DNA of 64,000 nucleotides from an uncultured Planctomycetaceae bacterium (GTDB taxonomy: Bacteria > Planctomycetota > Planctomycetia > Planctomycetales > Planctomycetaceae): the NCBI GenBank assembly GCA_963976765.1, contig CAXBME010000012.1:62001-126000 (forward strand), in the 5' to 3' direction. The translations under genes were made by a program, and so were the position numbers. Position 1 is the first letter of the stretch, and the number at the start of each line of letters is the position of its first letter. A model generated the notes under the pieces. That model was not told the DNA's origin. It saw only the letters and a program-made list of their open reading frames with translations, and did not search any database. Positions 1 through 9,264 of this stretch are shown piece by piece.

Positions 1-339
1 CGCCTGACCGACGTCGAGCCGTTTCCCTTTGTGTTGCTGGGCGAAGCCCATTGCCTGTCCGACAACATCGTGTCGTTCTGCCGCCAGCGATCGTTTCAGC
101 CGGTTGCCGTCGAACGAACCAGCCAACTGGCAATGGTGCAGGAACTGGTCTCGTTGTCGCACGGCGTGTCGATGATCCCGGCCATGGCGAGAAAACTCGA
201 TCAAAGCGACCGACGAGTTTACCGCTCAATCGACGGCAGAAAGCCAGCGCGAAAAATCGCCGTCGTCTGGAACCCGTACCGCTTCCAGAGCCGTCTGATC
301 GAAGCCTTTCGTGACCGACTGCGAGCCTACCCACACTAG
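1..339 (+). CDS. oxyR: LysR-family regulator, OxyR-like (C-terminal part; 5' end outside window)
   Basis: Open frame from base 1. LysR substrate-binding domain text. [12 protein letters not shown] has the C-x8-C spacing of E. coli OxyR C199/C208 (GHCLRDQAMGFC). Confidence 0.75.
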   Translation, partial: RLTDVEPFPFVLLGEAHCLSDNIVSFCRQRSFQPVAVERTSQLAMVQELVSLSHGVSMIPAMARKLDQSDRRVYRSIDGRKPARKIAVVWNPYRFQSRLIEAFRDRLRAYPH

Positions 340-413
340 AGCCGGCAGTAGCTGTTTCTGGTCCGTGAAAAATCGCCGATGTTAAAGACATTTCCGAGGC
401 GACAACGCTGTCC

Positions 414-1016
414 TTACCACCTGAGGATGGCGAGGTTTCCGATCGTGAGTACAGATTCTGAATGTACAAAGCCGGCTTTCCGAATTCCGGCAGCCGAGGA
501 GTAGTTGAAAGCGGAACACTCGATATAAAGCCGTGAGAAGTCATCGCCCCCCTGACCGCTCGTCGTTGAGGCAATGTAACGCAACGCCCACGGGTAGAGG
601 CCGTGACCACGGTAGTCGTGCCTGGTAAAACAATGATCGATCATCCCGTCACGGCTGATCCCGTCGGATTCCCGTGGGCCATACCAGTACGCTCCGGCCA
701 GGTCTCCATTGTCGGCTCGAACGATGAGACAGATCTGTCCGCGAGCGAAGCGGTTGCCGAATGCTGACAGTTCACCGTAATTGCCTAAGAAATCGACGTC
801 CGAATCTGAGAGCTGCTCCATTGATGTCAGCTTTTCAAGCGCGAAGCCGTCTTTCGTCGTCGGATCGGCACCGGCTGACGACGGATCGAGTATGAACTCG
901 TTGTTAATTCGAATCCCGCAACGCTCCAGGCACACGACGAAAAAAATGTAATTGAGAGTTCGACCGACACCATGGCGACCAAGTCTCGCTTTCACCCTGC
1001 TTAGTATTGACGCCAT
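414..1016 (-). CDS. GNAT-family N-acetyltransferase-like protein
   Basis: 200 aa. Acetyl-CoA motif A-like CFTRHDYRGHGLY and motif B-like NYSSAAGIRKAGF. GAGG RBS upstream. Confidence 0.7.
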   Translation of the reverse strand: MASILSRVKARLGRHGVGRTLNYIFFVVCLERCGIRINNEFILDPSSAGADPTTKDGFALEKLTSMEQLSDSDVDFLGNYGELSAFGNRFARGQICLIVRADNGDLAGAYWYGPRESDGISRDGMIDHCFTRHDYRGHGLYPWALRYIASTTSGQGGDDFSRLYIECSAFNYSSAAGIRKAGFVHSESVLTIGNLAILRW

Positions 1017-1566
1017 TCAGTTTCCTCACCTGCGACTGCTACCGCGCCCTCTGTATCGGGAATTCGAGTGTCGTCCTGCGACCGGGACGGACGGCGGAAA
1101 TAATCTGCCAAAGCCTGAGATTCAGATCGACCTATTCCGAAATGAACAGAGTTGGGAGCCCTGAATAGTGCGTGTACTGTTACAGTTGGCCCCAGATCCA
1201 CATTCAAAAGCTCATCGTCACAAACTGAGGGCAAGTTCGATTCAGTTGGTGGTCTCACGACTGCGAAATCAGCCAATAAACCGTGTCGGTTCTGGAGATA
1301 TCAGAACTACTAGACATGCCGAATAATGTCTGGTCGGAATTGCATCGAAACGTGGCGACGGATGCCCGGACATGTTCGACTGATACGTGGCGCTGCTTCG
1401 AGATTCAGGCCCCTTCAGCCTTGTTCGTGCGGATGCTGGAAGCCGGCCGTAATACGAGGGCTGTCATGCAGTCTTTTGCGGTTATTCGGCAATTTCGTGC
1501 AGTAATTATGGAGAATGCGAGCCACCTGCTGGTATGAATGCTGGAAACGGACCCGCTTCACACGAC

Positions 1567-1582
1567 TGGCACGCAGTGTGCA
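1567..1582 (+). promoter_or_regulatory. Candidate sigma-54 (-24/-12) promoter
   Basis: TGGCACGCAGTGTGCA: GG-N10-GC spacing, one mismatch to TGGCACG-N4-TTGCW, about 150 bp upstream of the DUF1559 gene. Confidence 0.45.
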
Positions 1583-1660
1583 ATGGCAATGCAGGCCGAC
1601 CGATCGTCTTCAGTCTCGGAGCTTCTGGATCTGCTTCCACGATCTGGTCCTGGTTTGGCC

Positions 1661-1689
1661 TTGGCGAACTACGGCTAGTGTCGTATAAG
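1661..1689 (+). promoter_or_regulatory. Candidate sigma-70 promoter overlapped by putative BlaI operator
   Basis: TTGGCG-17 nt-TATAAG with ACTAC-N10-GTATA (1668-1687) across the spacer and -10. A related dyad occurs at 4380-4401. Confidence 0.45.
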
Positions 1690-1733
1690 ATGCGTCTCTG
1701 GCGAGTCGGATGATTTGAAGGGAATCGAATCAG

Positions 1734-2642
1734 ATGCTGCGACACGGGCTAACGGCACAATCGACAGAACTGCGACGTGGCTCGCAGGATGGTTTGCATC
1801 CGCACGCCTGTCGCTGTGGGTTTACCGTGCTGGAGCTTCTGACGGTTATGGGAATCGTCAGTACGCTGGCGGCCATTTTGCTGCCGGCGGTGGGGGCGAC
1901 TCGTGAAGCGGCCCGGCGGATGCAGTGCGTCAATCAGCTCAAGCAGGTTGGCATCGCGTTACACAGCTATCATGAATCCTGCGGCTCGTTCCCGTCCGGC
2001 TGGCAGTGGGAAGTCACTCAGCAATCAGCTTATGGCTGGGCAGTGCCTCTGCTGCCGTGGCTCGAACAGAACGCGATTTATGAGCAGATCAATCGCAATG
2101 TTCTGTTGACTCATCCTGACAACACGCAGGCACGTGCGACGTCGATCGGTCTGTTGCTGTGTCCGTCTGATATCACAGAACCGACGTTTCTGCTGTCATG
2201 GGAAGACGAAATCGCCAACGCGTCCGGGCCGTTATTCGACCTGCCAACTGCGAACTACTTCGGCGTGTTCGGGACGAGCGAACCGGATGACTATGACCCG
2301 CTGCTGCTTCAGCCAGGCGAAGGGACGTTCGTCAACTCGCGCTCAACCCGGTTGCTGGACCTGCAGCGCGGAACGAGCAACACGATTATCGTGGGCGAGC
2401 GGACGATGGCTCGCGTTCCAGGCACGTGGCTGGGCGTCGATCGACAGGGGGCTGACGCTCAATGTCGACTGGTTGGCAACGCGGAAAATTCCCCCAACTG
2501 TGATACGTGCGACGAGTGTGAATTCGACAGCCGACATCCCGGCGGAGCAAACTTTCTATGGGCCGACGGGCGAGTCACGCTCGTTTCCGAGAACATCGAT
2601 TCGCAGGAATATCAGCGGATCGCTCGGAGGTCAGCGTTCTGA
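1734..2642 (+). CDS. DUF1559 domain protein with prepilin-type N-terminal cleavage motif and H-X9-DG motif
   Basis: GFTVLELL...LLPAVGATREAARRMQCVNQLKQVGIALHSYH; C-terminal HPGGANFLWADG. Confidence 0.95.
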   Translation: MLRHGLTAQSTELRRGSQDGLHPHACRCGFTVLELLTVMGIVSTLAAILLPAVGATREAARRMQCVNQLKQVGIALHSYHESCGSFPSGWQWEVTQQSAYGWAVPLLPWLEQNAIYEQINRNVLLTHPDNTQARATSIGLLLCPSDITEPTFLLSWEDEIANASGPLFDLPTANYFGVFGTSEPDDYDPLLLQPGEGTFVNSRSTRLLDLQRGTSNTIIVGERTMARVPGTWLGVDRQGADAQCRLVGNAENSPNCDTCDECEFDSRHPGGANFLWADGRVTLVSENIDSQEYQRIARRSAF

Positions 2643-2772
2643 AATCTGTCTGCAACACGCACCCTTACGCGTTTCGGTCCGCTATGTTGCCGATCGTGAG
2701 TCCGCAAAGCTGTGTTCAGTCTGATCGATCACGAAGAAATCTGAAGACACGGAAAATCAAACAGATTGCGCA

Positions 2773-3165
2773 ATGACGGAGACAACGACGATGCCGCAGC
2801 GACAACTCACCAGGTGTGAACTGGAACTGATGGAAATCATCTGGCGGCGAGGTCGTGTTACCGTTCAGGAAGTGGCGGACGAACTCGATCGACCGCTGGC
2901 CTACACGACGGTTATGTCGACAATGAACACGCTCGACAAGAAGGGGGCGATCCGTCGCTGCGGCAAAACCGGACGAGCCATCATCTATGAAGCAGTTGTC
3001 AGCCGCGACGAAGTGCAGCAGGCTATGACGGCTGACCTGACAGGCTCGCTGTACGGTGGTTCGGCCAAGGCATTGATGATGAGCCTGCTCGGAACTCAGT
3101 CGATGTCCGCTGACGAGATTGCGGAACTTCGAGTCGCCATCGAGCAGCTGGAGTCCAACTTATGA
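2773..3165 (+). CDS. BlaI/MecI/CopY-family transcriptional repressor
   Basis: LTRCELELMEIIW...LAYTTVMSTMNTLDKKG winged helix. Overlaps the M56 gene by 4 nt (ATGA). Confidence 0.93.
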   Translation: MTETTTMPQRQLTRCELELMEIIWRRGRVTVQEVADELDRPLAYTTVMSTMNTLDKKGAIRRCGKTGRAIIYEAVVSRDEVQQAMTADLTGSLYGGSAKALMMSLLGTQSMSADEIAELRVAIEQLESNL

Positions 3166-4337
3166 CGGCGACTGAGTTTCTCGAGCTGTTTCTGTCCGTG
3201 TCTTTGCAGGCGGCTGTGATTGTCTCCACGACGAACTGGATCGGAAAGCTGACCGACGACGAACGAACGCATTGTCGGTTGTGGACCGTCTGCTATTCCG
3301 CGTTGTTGCTGCTGGTGGTCAATGCGGCGGCACTGCCTCACGTGCGTATGTTGCAGCCTCTGCGACCGCTTGCCCGGCCACTGGCTGCGGACATCGTTTC
3401 ACTCGAAATGCAACTTGGCAGCGTTCTGTTCTGGATGTGGATTGCGGGTGGTGCCGGCTCGCTGGGGCTGTTTATCTATCACTCGGTTCAGGGAGTGAAG
3501 TTTCTTCGAACGTGTCAAGCAATCGATCCGGATGTCATCGCATTGCCCCCTCTGAGCAACGGCCAATCAAGCGGGCAGGCAGTGAGAGTTGGCGGACGGG
3601 CCATTCGACTGGTGAGTACCACCGCCATCACACCGCCGTTCTGCTGGCAGTTTCACGAACCGTACATCGTGATCCCGGAGAGCCTGCTGACGTACGAACA
3701 CGACGACTTCAAGTACGTGTTGCGGCACGAGCTCGCCCACTTGCACACCGGGCACCCGTTGCAGGTCTTTCTGCAACGCACCGTCGAGTTTCTGTTCTGG
3801 TTTCATCCGATGGTCTGGTGGGCATCGCGTGAGTGGTCACTGGCCCGTGAATTCATGTGCGACGACGAAGCCGTCAAATCTCGCGGTGATATCGTGCGGT
3901 ATCTCAAGACACTACTGATGATTGTCGAACAGACCGTGAGTGAGGAGCGAACGAATTCCACGCTCGCTTTTGTCCGCAACCGCTGCGAGATGGCGGAACG
4001 GGCGAGGCGGCTGGTCCGGATCGCGCAGCAGAACCGCCCCGCAGAATTACCTGCTGCGACACGCCGAGCCGGCTTCGCAACAGCACTGCTGCTGGCTGTT
4101 GCGGTGGTCAGCAGCTCTTTCGTCTGGCTGCCAGTCAACGTGCTGGCTTCTCCAAATTCCCACTGGTCTCCGTGGCCAGCATGGTCTGCGGGAGTGCTGA
4201 ACGACTTCGGCGTGAAGGCTCGCGACTTTGAGATCTACGACCATCGCTACGCACTGCACGAAATTTACGACGAAGACTGCCCGACCGAATCTGTCTCATC
4301 CACGAACAATACTTCACCGGCGAATCAACCAGAGTGA
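3162..4337 (+). CDS. M56-family (BlaR1-like) membrane zinc metallopeptidase without a penicillin-binding domain
   Basis: TM helices; LRHELAH, FWFHPMVW, REFMCD; only a short C-terminal tail. Confidence 0.92.
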   Translation: MTATEFLELFLSVSLQAAVIVSTTNWIGKLTDDERTHCRLWTVCYSALLLLVVNAAALPHVRMLQPLRPLARPLAADIVSLEMQLGSVLFWMWIAGGAGSLGLFIYHSVQGVKFLRTCQAIDPDVIALPPLSNGQSSGQAVRVGGRAIRLVSTTAITPPFCWQFHEPYIVIPESLLTYEHDDFKYVLRHELAHLHTGHPLQVFLQRTVEFLFWFHPMVWWASREWSLAREFMCDDEAVKSRGDIVRYLKTLLMIVEQTVSEERTNSTLAFVRNRCEMAERARRLVRIAQQNRPAELPAATRRAGFATALLLAVAVVSSSFVWLPVNVLASPNSHWSPWPAWSAGVLNDFGVKARDFEIYDHRYALHEIYDEDCPTESVSSTNNTSPANQPE

Positions 4338-4379
4338 CGGCACGTCGCGTCTGTGGTTCGTCGGTTTCATTTTGCTCAC

Positions 4380-4401
4380 TACTACTAGGCGTCTCGTAGT
4401 A
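4380..4401. promoter_or_regulatory. Palindromic operator (putative BlaI site) upstream of the LtaS-like gene
   Basis: TACTAC-N10-GTAGTA with perfect 6-bp arms, directly after TTGCTC (-35-like, 4372-4377). Confidence 0.55.
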
Positions 4402-4514
4402 AGGCGCAGGGCAGGTCTTCTCACCTGGTATCTGTCGGGAATCAAAACTGCGTTTTGAAATCAGCAGGCTTTTAGAAACTTCTGACAGAAAACGATTCAT
4501 CGCAAGGATGCGAC

Positions 4515-6599
4515 ATGGCAAGGACTTCGGCGGTTTTCAATCACGAGGAATCTGAGACTGACTCTATGGACCGATCTGTCCATGCCCCCGACGCGGTTTT
4601 CGATCGAAGTCGTGCGAACTTCATCGCGGCCACACTGCGGTGCGAATGGCTGGGGCCGTATCGTGCAGTGAGCCTCATTTTCCTCACAGCAGTCGCCACA
4701 TTCTCGTTCCTCCGCATCGCCATGCTCACCTTCTTTGCCGACTGGAGTATGCTCACGCTGCCAGCCATCGCGAAGGTGCTCGGCGTGGGACTGCGTTTCG
4801 ACGTCATCGTCGGTCTGTGCTTTGTGCTCTGGCAGACGATTCACATCACGTTCGTTCCGGATGGTCGCCGACTGAGAAAACTCAACCGGATCGGGATTGA
4901 GTTCGAGTGGATCGTTGCCGGCCTGATGCTGCCGCTGCTGTGTGTGGTCGAGTGGTTGTTCTTCGACGAGTTCCAGTCGAGGCTGAACTACATCGCGTTT
5001 GAGTATCTGGTTTATCCGACCGAGGTGTGCTGCAACATCTGGCAGTCGTACGCCGTAATCCCGTTCCTCGCGACGGTCACAGTCATGGGAAGTGCCATCT
5101 ATTTCTTTTCACGACAGCCGCTGCTGAAACTGATCGCCAGTCCGATGGCACTGCCGAAACGACTGTGCGTGCTCAGTGGAGTGCTGTCCGCGATCGGCGG
5201 CTTGTGGTTCACAACCGGCATGGACAGTCGCAACGTGGCCCGAGATCGAGTGGCTGTCGAATGCGCCGGCAACGGACTATACAGCTTCGTCTATTACGCA
5301 CTGACTTGCCGGTTCGATTACGACCGGAATTACGTCACGATCGAACAACCGGACGCCATCGCTCGAGTCCGGCAACTGGTCGTCGACGATGCAGACCACT
5401 TGTTCGAGAACTCAACGAACCCGGTTGACCGCATCGTTTCGACGGGACAACCGCAGCGGGACTGGAACGTCGTGCTGATTCTTGAAGAGAGCCTTGGATC
5501 GGACTTCGTGGGAGCGCTCGGTGACGAACGAGGACTTACACCGTATCTGGACGCATTGAGCAAAGAGGGGACATTGTTCGACAACTGGTACGCAACCGGC
5601 AACCGGACGGCCCGGGCACTGGAAGCTGTCATGACATCGATGCCGCCGATTCCGACCGAGTCGATTCTCAAACGTGACCACTCTGACCGAGTCTTCACGC
5701 TCGCCCACGTCCTGAAGGAACGTGGCTACGAACGGCTCTTCATGACCGGCGGACGCGGTCTTTTTGACGGCGTTCGTTCATTCATGACCGACAACGGCTT
5801 CAACCATTTTATCGAGCAGTCTGACTTCGTCGATCCTGTCTTCACGAATGCGTGGGGAGTCAGCGACGAAGACCTGCTCCGTCGCGGAATCAAGGAACTC
5901 GACAAGCTGCACGCGGGCGGCAAACCGTTCTTCGCCACGCTGCTGACCGTCTCAAATCATCGCCCCTACACGTATCCGGAAGGTCGCATTCCAGAGACGG
6001 ACCAAACTCGTGAAAACGCTGTCCGATACGCCGACCACGCTCTTGGATATTTCTTTCGCGAAGCAAAATCTCACGACTTTTACGACAACACATTGTTCGT
6101 CGTGATGGGCGATCATGGAGCCCGCGTTTACGGCAGTCAGATGTTTCCTCTTCAGTCGTACCGCATCCCGGTCGTCATGCTTCAGCCGAACGAGGCAGGA
6201 CACGGCACACGATGCAGCACGCTGAGCTGTTCGCTGGACATCGCCCCGACGATCCTTGCTCGACTTGGCGGTGAGTACCGGTCGGTTTTCTTCGGCCATG
6301 ATGTGATCACAACGCCGCCCGCCGAAGGCCGAGCCGTCATGCAGCACAACCACGATGTTGCGGTACTGACTCCACGGCACCAGCTTGTCACGCTCGGCTT
6401 CAACCGGACAGCGTGGGAGTTCGGTGTCGGCTCACAAGACTTCAACCTGACACAGCAGGGCTTTCCAACCCCGGCACATCTGCAAGACACCGCCGCTCTC
6501 TTCCAGTCGGCATTCCGACTTTACTACTCGGACCAGTGGTTCCCGGACGAGTTAATCCGCACTCCTACGGAACCGGAACCTCAGCTTTCGTCGCGATGA
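4515..6599 (+). CDS. LTA-synthase/OpgB-family membrane phosphoglycerol or phosphoethanolamine transferase (sulfatase fold)
   Basis: About five N-terminal TM segments; LILEESLG, ATGNRT (Thr nucleophile), SNHRPY, GDHG. Start may be 4566. Confidence 0.9.
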   Translation: MARTSAVFNHEESETDSMDRSVHAPDAVFDRSRANFIAATLRCEWLGPYRAVSLIFLTAVATFSFLRIAMLTFFADWSMLTLPAIAKVLGVGLRFDVIVGLCFVLWQTIHITFVPDGRRLRKLNRIGIEFEWIVAGLMLPLLCVVEWLFFDEFQSRLNYIAFEYLVYPTEVCCNIWQSYAVIPFLATVTVMGSAIYFFSRQPLLKLIASPMALPKRLCVLSGVLSAIGGLWFTTGMDSRNVARDRVAVECAGNGLYSFVYYALTCRFDYDRNYVTIEQPDAIARVRQLVVDDADHLFENSTNPVDRIVSTGQPQRDWNVVLILEESLGSDFVGALGDERGLTPYLDALSKEGTLFDNWYATGNRTARALEAVMTSMPPIPTESILKRDHSDRVFTLAHVLKERGYERLFMTGGRGLFDGVRSFMTDNGFNHFIEQSDFVDPVFTNAWGVSDEDLLRRGIKELDKLHAGGKPFFATLLTVSNHRPYTYPEGRIPETDQTRENAVRYADHALGYFFREAKSHDFYDNTLFVVMGDHGARVYGSQMFPLQSYRIPVVMLQPNEAGHGTRCSTLSCSLDIAPTILARLGGEYRSVFFGHDVITTPPAEGRAVMQHNHDVAVLTPRHQLVTLGFNRTAWEFGVGSQDFNLTQQGFPTPAHLQDTAALFQSAFRLYYSDQWFPDELIRTPTEPEPQLSSR

Positions 6600-6709
6600 G
6601 ATGGTCAATCGCGATGCGTCGCCACGCCCACCTGATCGCAGACACATCACACCTGATCAACGGTCGGGCGACGGTGTCATCTTCCGATTTCAGTACGGAC
6701 AGGACGTCT

Positions 6710-7912
6710 ATGCGTCAATCTTTATCACGATTGCATCTGCTGCACGTTCAAGGGGCGGTCGGCGTCGCGATTTCCACGCTGCTGATCTTCCTGTCCGGCA
6801 GCGTCATGGCGTCTGAGCCTCACGTGGAGCCTTACTCGATGACCGCAGTTGAGCGACTCTCTTCTGGCCAACTCTCTGAGTCGTTATTTCCAGTGACTTA
6901 TCCGCGATCGGGTGGGTCGGGCATTGGGACTCCCGTCCAGTCAGCGTGGTTGATGCCACTGGCGTCTCATTCTCCAAACTATCCGGTGTGGTTAACGGGT
7001 AGTATCGAGGTTGGGCCGGGGCGTGTCTTGACACCTCAGGGCACGCGATGGTTTCAAGCCACCCGCTCGATCTTGGACTTTCCCGACCTGAAGACCCTCG
7101 ACAAGAAGACTCACCCGTACGTCGTGCAGGCAGGTCGGCAGACCGACGCGACTTCTGAATTCGACTTCACTCTCGATCGGGCCTGCCCGGATCACAAGCT
7201 GTCGCTGCTGGAAAGGATCGGCTCGGACCACCGTCACTTCTATTCGTTGGACTCAATGGTCGGTCTGAGCTATGGGCTGGCTGGTGGAGCCTTGATGGCC
7301 AACACAAAATTCGACAACACCGTGCAGGCTCACTTTCAGGCGAGTGTTCGAAATGCCGGAAGCGACGAATGGTTCCACACACTGGAAGCTCAGAAAAAAC
7401 TCGGCAATGGTTACTACACGATTCCCGTGTTTGCCATCGCGTGGGCTGCCGGTTCACTTTTGGAAGACGACCCCATTGCGGACAACGTTGGCGAATGGGG
7501 CGAGCGTTCCATCCGCAGCATCCTGGTGGGAGCCCCGCCAATGCTCGCGACGCAATACATTGTCGGCGGCTCGCGCCCCGGTGAATCGACAGCGGGTTCC
7601 GACTGGAAGCTGTTTCAGGATCACAACGGAGTCAGCGGCCACTCCTTCATGGGAGCCATCCCCTTTCTGACAGCCGCGCAGATGGCCGAGGTGTCATGGG
7701 TGAAATTCGCCCTCTACGCCGGTTCCACGCTGGTCCCATTGTCGCGCATCAACGACGACGACCACTATGCGTCGCAGGCGTTCCTCGGTTGGTGGTTCGC
7801 GCTGCTCGCGACAAAAGCCATCGACTCGACCCAACGAGGCCACACCAACTGGACCTTCGCGCCATGGCTGGAACCAGGCACATCCGGCTTCGCGGTCGAA
7901 TACCGATTCTGA
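6710..7912 (+). CDS. PAP2-family phosphatase with N-terminal extension
   Basis: Motifs QYIVGGSRP, GVSGH, SRINDDDHYASQ. ATG 6710 chosen for AGGA RBS and signal-like N-terminus (ORF track starts at 6413, overlapping the upstream gene). Confidence 0.8.
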   Translation: MRQSLSRLHLLHVQGAVGVAISTLLIFLSGSVMASEPHVEPYSMTAVERLSSGQLSESLFPVTYPRSGGSGIGTPVQSAWLMPLASHSPNYPVWLTGSIEVGPGRVLTPQGTRWFQATRSILDFPDLKTLDKKTHPYVVQAGRQTDATSEFDFTLDRACPDHKLSLLERIGSDHRHFYSLDSMVGLSYGLAGGALMANTKFDNTVQAHFQASVRNAGSDEWFHTLEAQKKLGNGYYTIPVFAIAWAAGSLLEDDPIADNVGEWGERSIRSILVGAPPMLATQYIVGGSRPGESTAGSDWKLFQDHNGVSGHSFMGAIPFLTAAQMAEVSWVKFALYAGSTLVPLSRINDDDHYASQAFLGWWFALLATKAIDSTQRGHTNWTFAPWLEPGTSGFAVEYRF

Positions 7913-8212
7913 CTTCTATCATTCCGAACGGTCCGATCCTGTGTTTCACATTTCTCGATGAGAAGCCGGTCCGCAACCAGTCCCGCAATCTGACCAGAGA
8001 ATTCCTGCGGATGTAGCTGCCAATTCTTCGATCGGAATAGACGGTCTGGTCGCACGGAAGGAATACTGGTAATTCGGCTGACGACTTCGCTTGAGACTGT
8101 TAAAACTGGCGTGAAGTCGGAATCATTGGCGCGTCTGGCAATAAATTCAGTTTCGGTGGGCCGTTTTCGGTATCGCTGAACCTGCGAACTATCAAATCAA
8201 GGGGTGCCCGGA

Positions 8213-9163
8213 ATGACTGATCAGAAAAATGGCGAATTCACGAGACGCGATCTGCTGAACCGTGCGGCTGGAGCGGCGGCAATCTCGGCAGTGGTACCCA
8301 CTCTGGCATCCAAGGCTGCTGAATCGGAGAATGCTGCGGTGAATGGTCGAATCAAACAGTCAGTCGTCTTCTGGTGTTTCAACGTGGCTGGCGATAAATG
8401 GGACATCGATCAGACCTGCACGATTGCGAAGAAACTCGGCTGCCAGTCGGTCGAACTTTGCGATCCCGAAACGTGGGGAACGCTGAAGAAGCACGGCCTG
8501 ACCTGCGCTATCGCTCCGAACGGAATGCCCGGTGCGCCGTTCATGAAAGGGCTGAATAATCTCGACTACCACGACGAAGTTATCACTCGCACAAAAGAGA
8601 TGATCGATAAGTGCTCCGACGCTGGCTTCCCCAGCGTCATCGCCTTCACCGGTTATAAGTGGCGGAAGGCCGAGGATCCGACCAGCGGAGAAATCCCGCT
8701 GGAAGAAGGCATGGCCAACTGTGTGAAAGGACTGAAGAAACTTGCCGCGTATGGCGAGAAGAAAGGCGTTAACGTCATTCTCGAACATCTCAACACGCGA
8801 GACGACACTCATCCGATGAAAGGACATCCCGGTTACCAGGGCGACAACGTCGACCAGGTGGCCGACATGCTGCGCAGCGTCGGCTCCGAACGAGTCAAAC
8901 TTCTGTTCGACATCTACCACGTTCAGATCATGAACGGCGACGTCATTCGTCGCATCGGCCAGATGAAGGACATCATCGGCCACGTCCACACTGCTGGAAA
9001 TCCTGGTCGCGCGGAACTCGACGACAAGCAGGAAATCCTCTTTCCGGCGATCATGAAGAAACTGATCGAGATCGACTACAAGGGTTTCGTCGGTCAGGAA
9101 TTCATCCCGACGCGCGACCCGCTGGCCGGGCTGTCCGAAGCCGTGAAACTTTGCGACGTTTAA
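8213..9163 (+). CDS. Hydroxypyruvate-isomerase (Hyi)-like TIM-barrel protein with Tat signal
   Basis: TRRDLL twin-arginine motif; LEHLN, KLLFDIYHVQI, HVHTAGNPGR, GQEF. Confidence 0.88.
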   Translation: MTDQKNGEFTRRDLLNRAAGAAAISAVVPTLASKAAESENAAVNGRIKQSVVFWCFNVAGDKWDIDQTCTIAKKLGCQSVELCDPETWGTLKKHGLTCAIAPNGMPGAPFMKGLNNLDYHDEVITRTKEMIDKCSDAGFPSVIAFTGYKWRKAEDPTSGEIPLEEGMANCVKGLKKLAAYGEKKGVNVILEHLNTRDDTHPMKGHPGYQGDNVDQVADMLRSVGSERVKLLFDIYHVQIMNGDVIRRIGQMKDIIGHVHTAGNPGRAELDDKQEILFPAIMKKLIEIDYKGFVGQEFIPTRDPLAGLSEAVKLCDV

Positions 9164-9264
9164 CGACGTTGAGACTCGCTGAAGTACCGGTTTGAGAACA
9201 GGCCGGCTCTTCAGAACCGACAACTTCGTCCCATTCAGCAACAGCCTTCTTGAGAAACACCGTC

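Noticed and set aside
1222..1260. GTTCGATTC T-loop-like text within an AACTGA/TCAGTT hairpin
   Set aside because: No cloverleaf, acceptor stem or anticodon arm could be built.
1001..1537. Short ORFs of 91 aa (-) and 84 aa (+) between the GNAT and DUF1559 genes
   Set aside because: Non-ATG starts, no clear RBS or motif; the region looks like divergent promoter DNA.
6413..6709. N-terminal extension of the PAP2 ORF
   Set aside because: Overlaps the LtaS-like gene by 187 nt; a better RBS and signal peptide exist at 6710.
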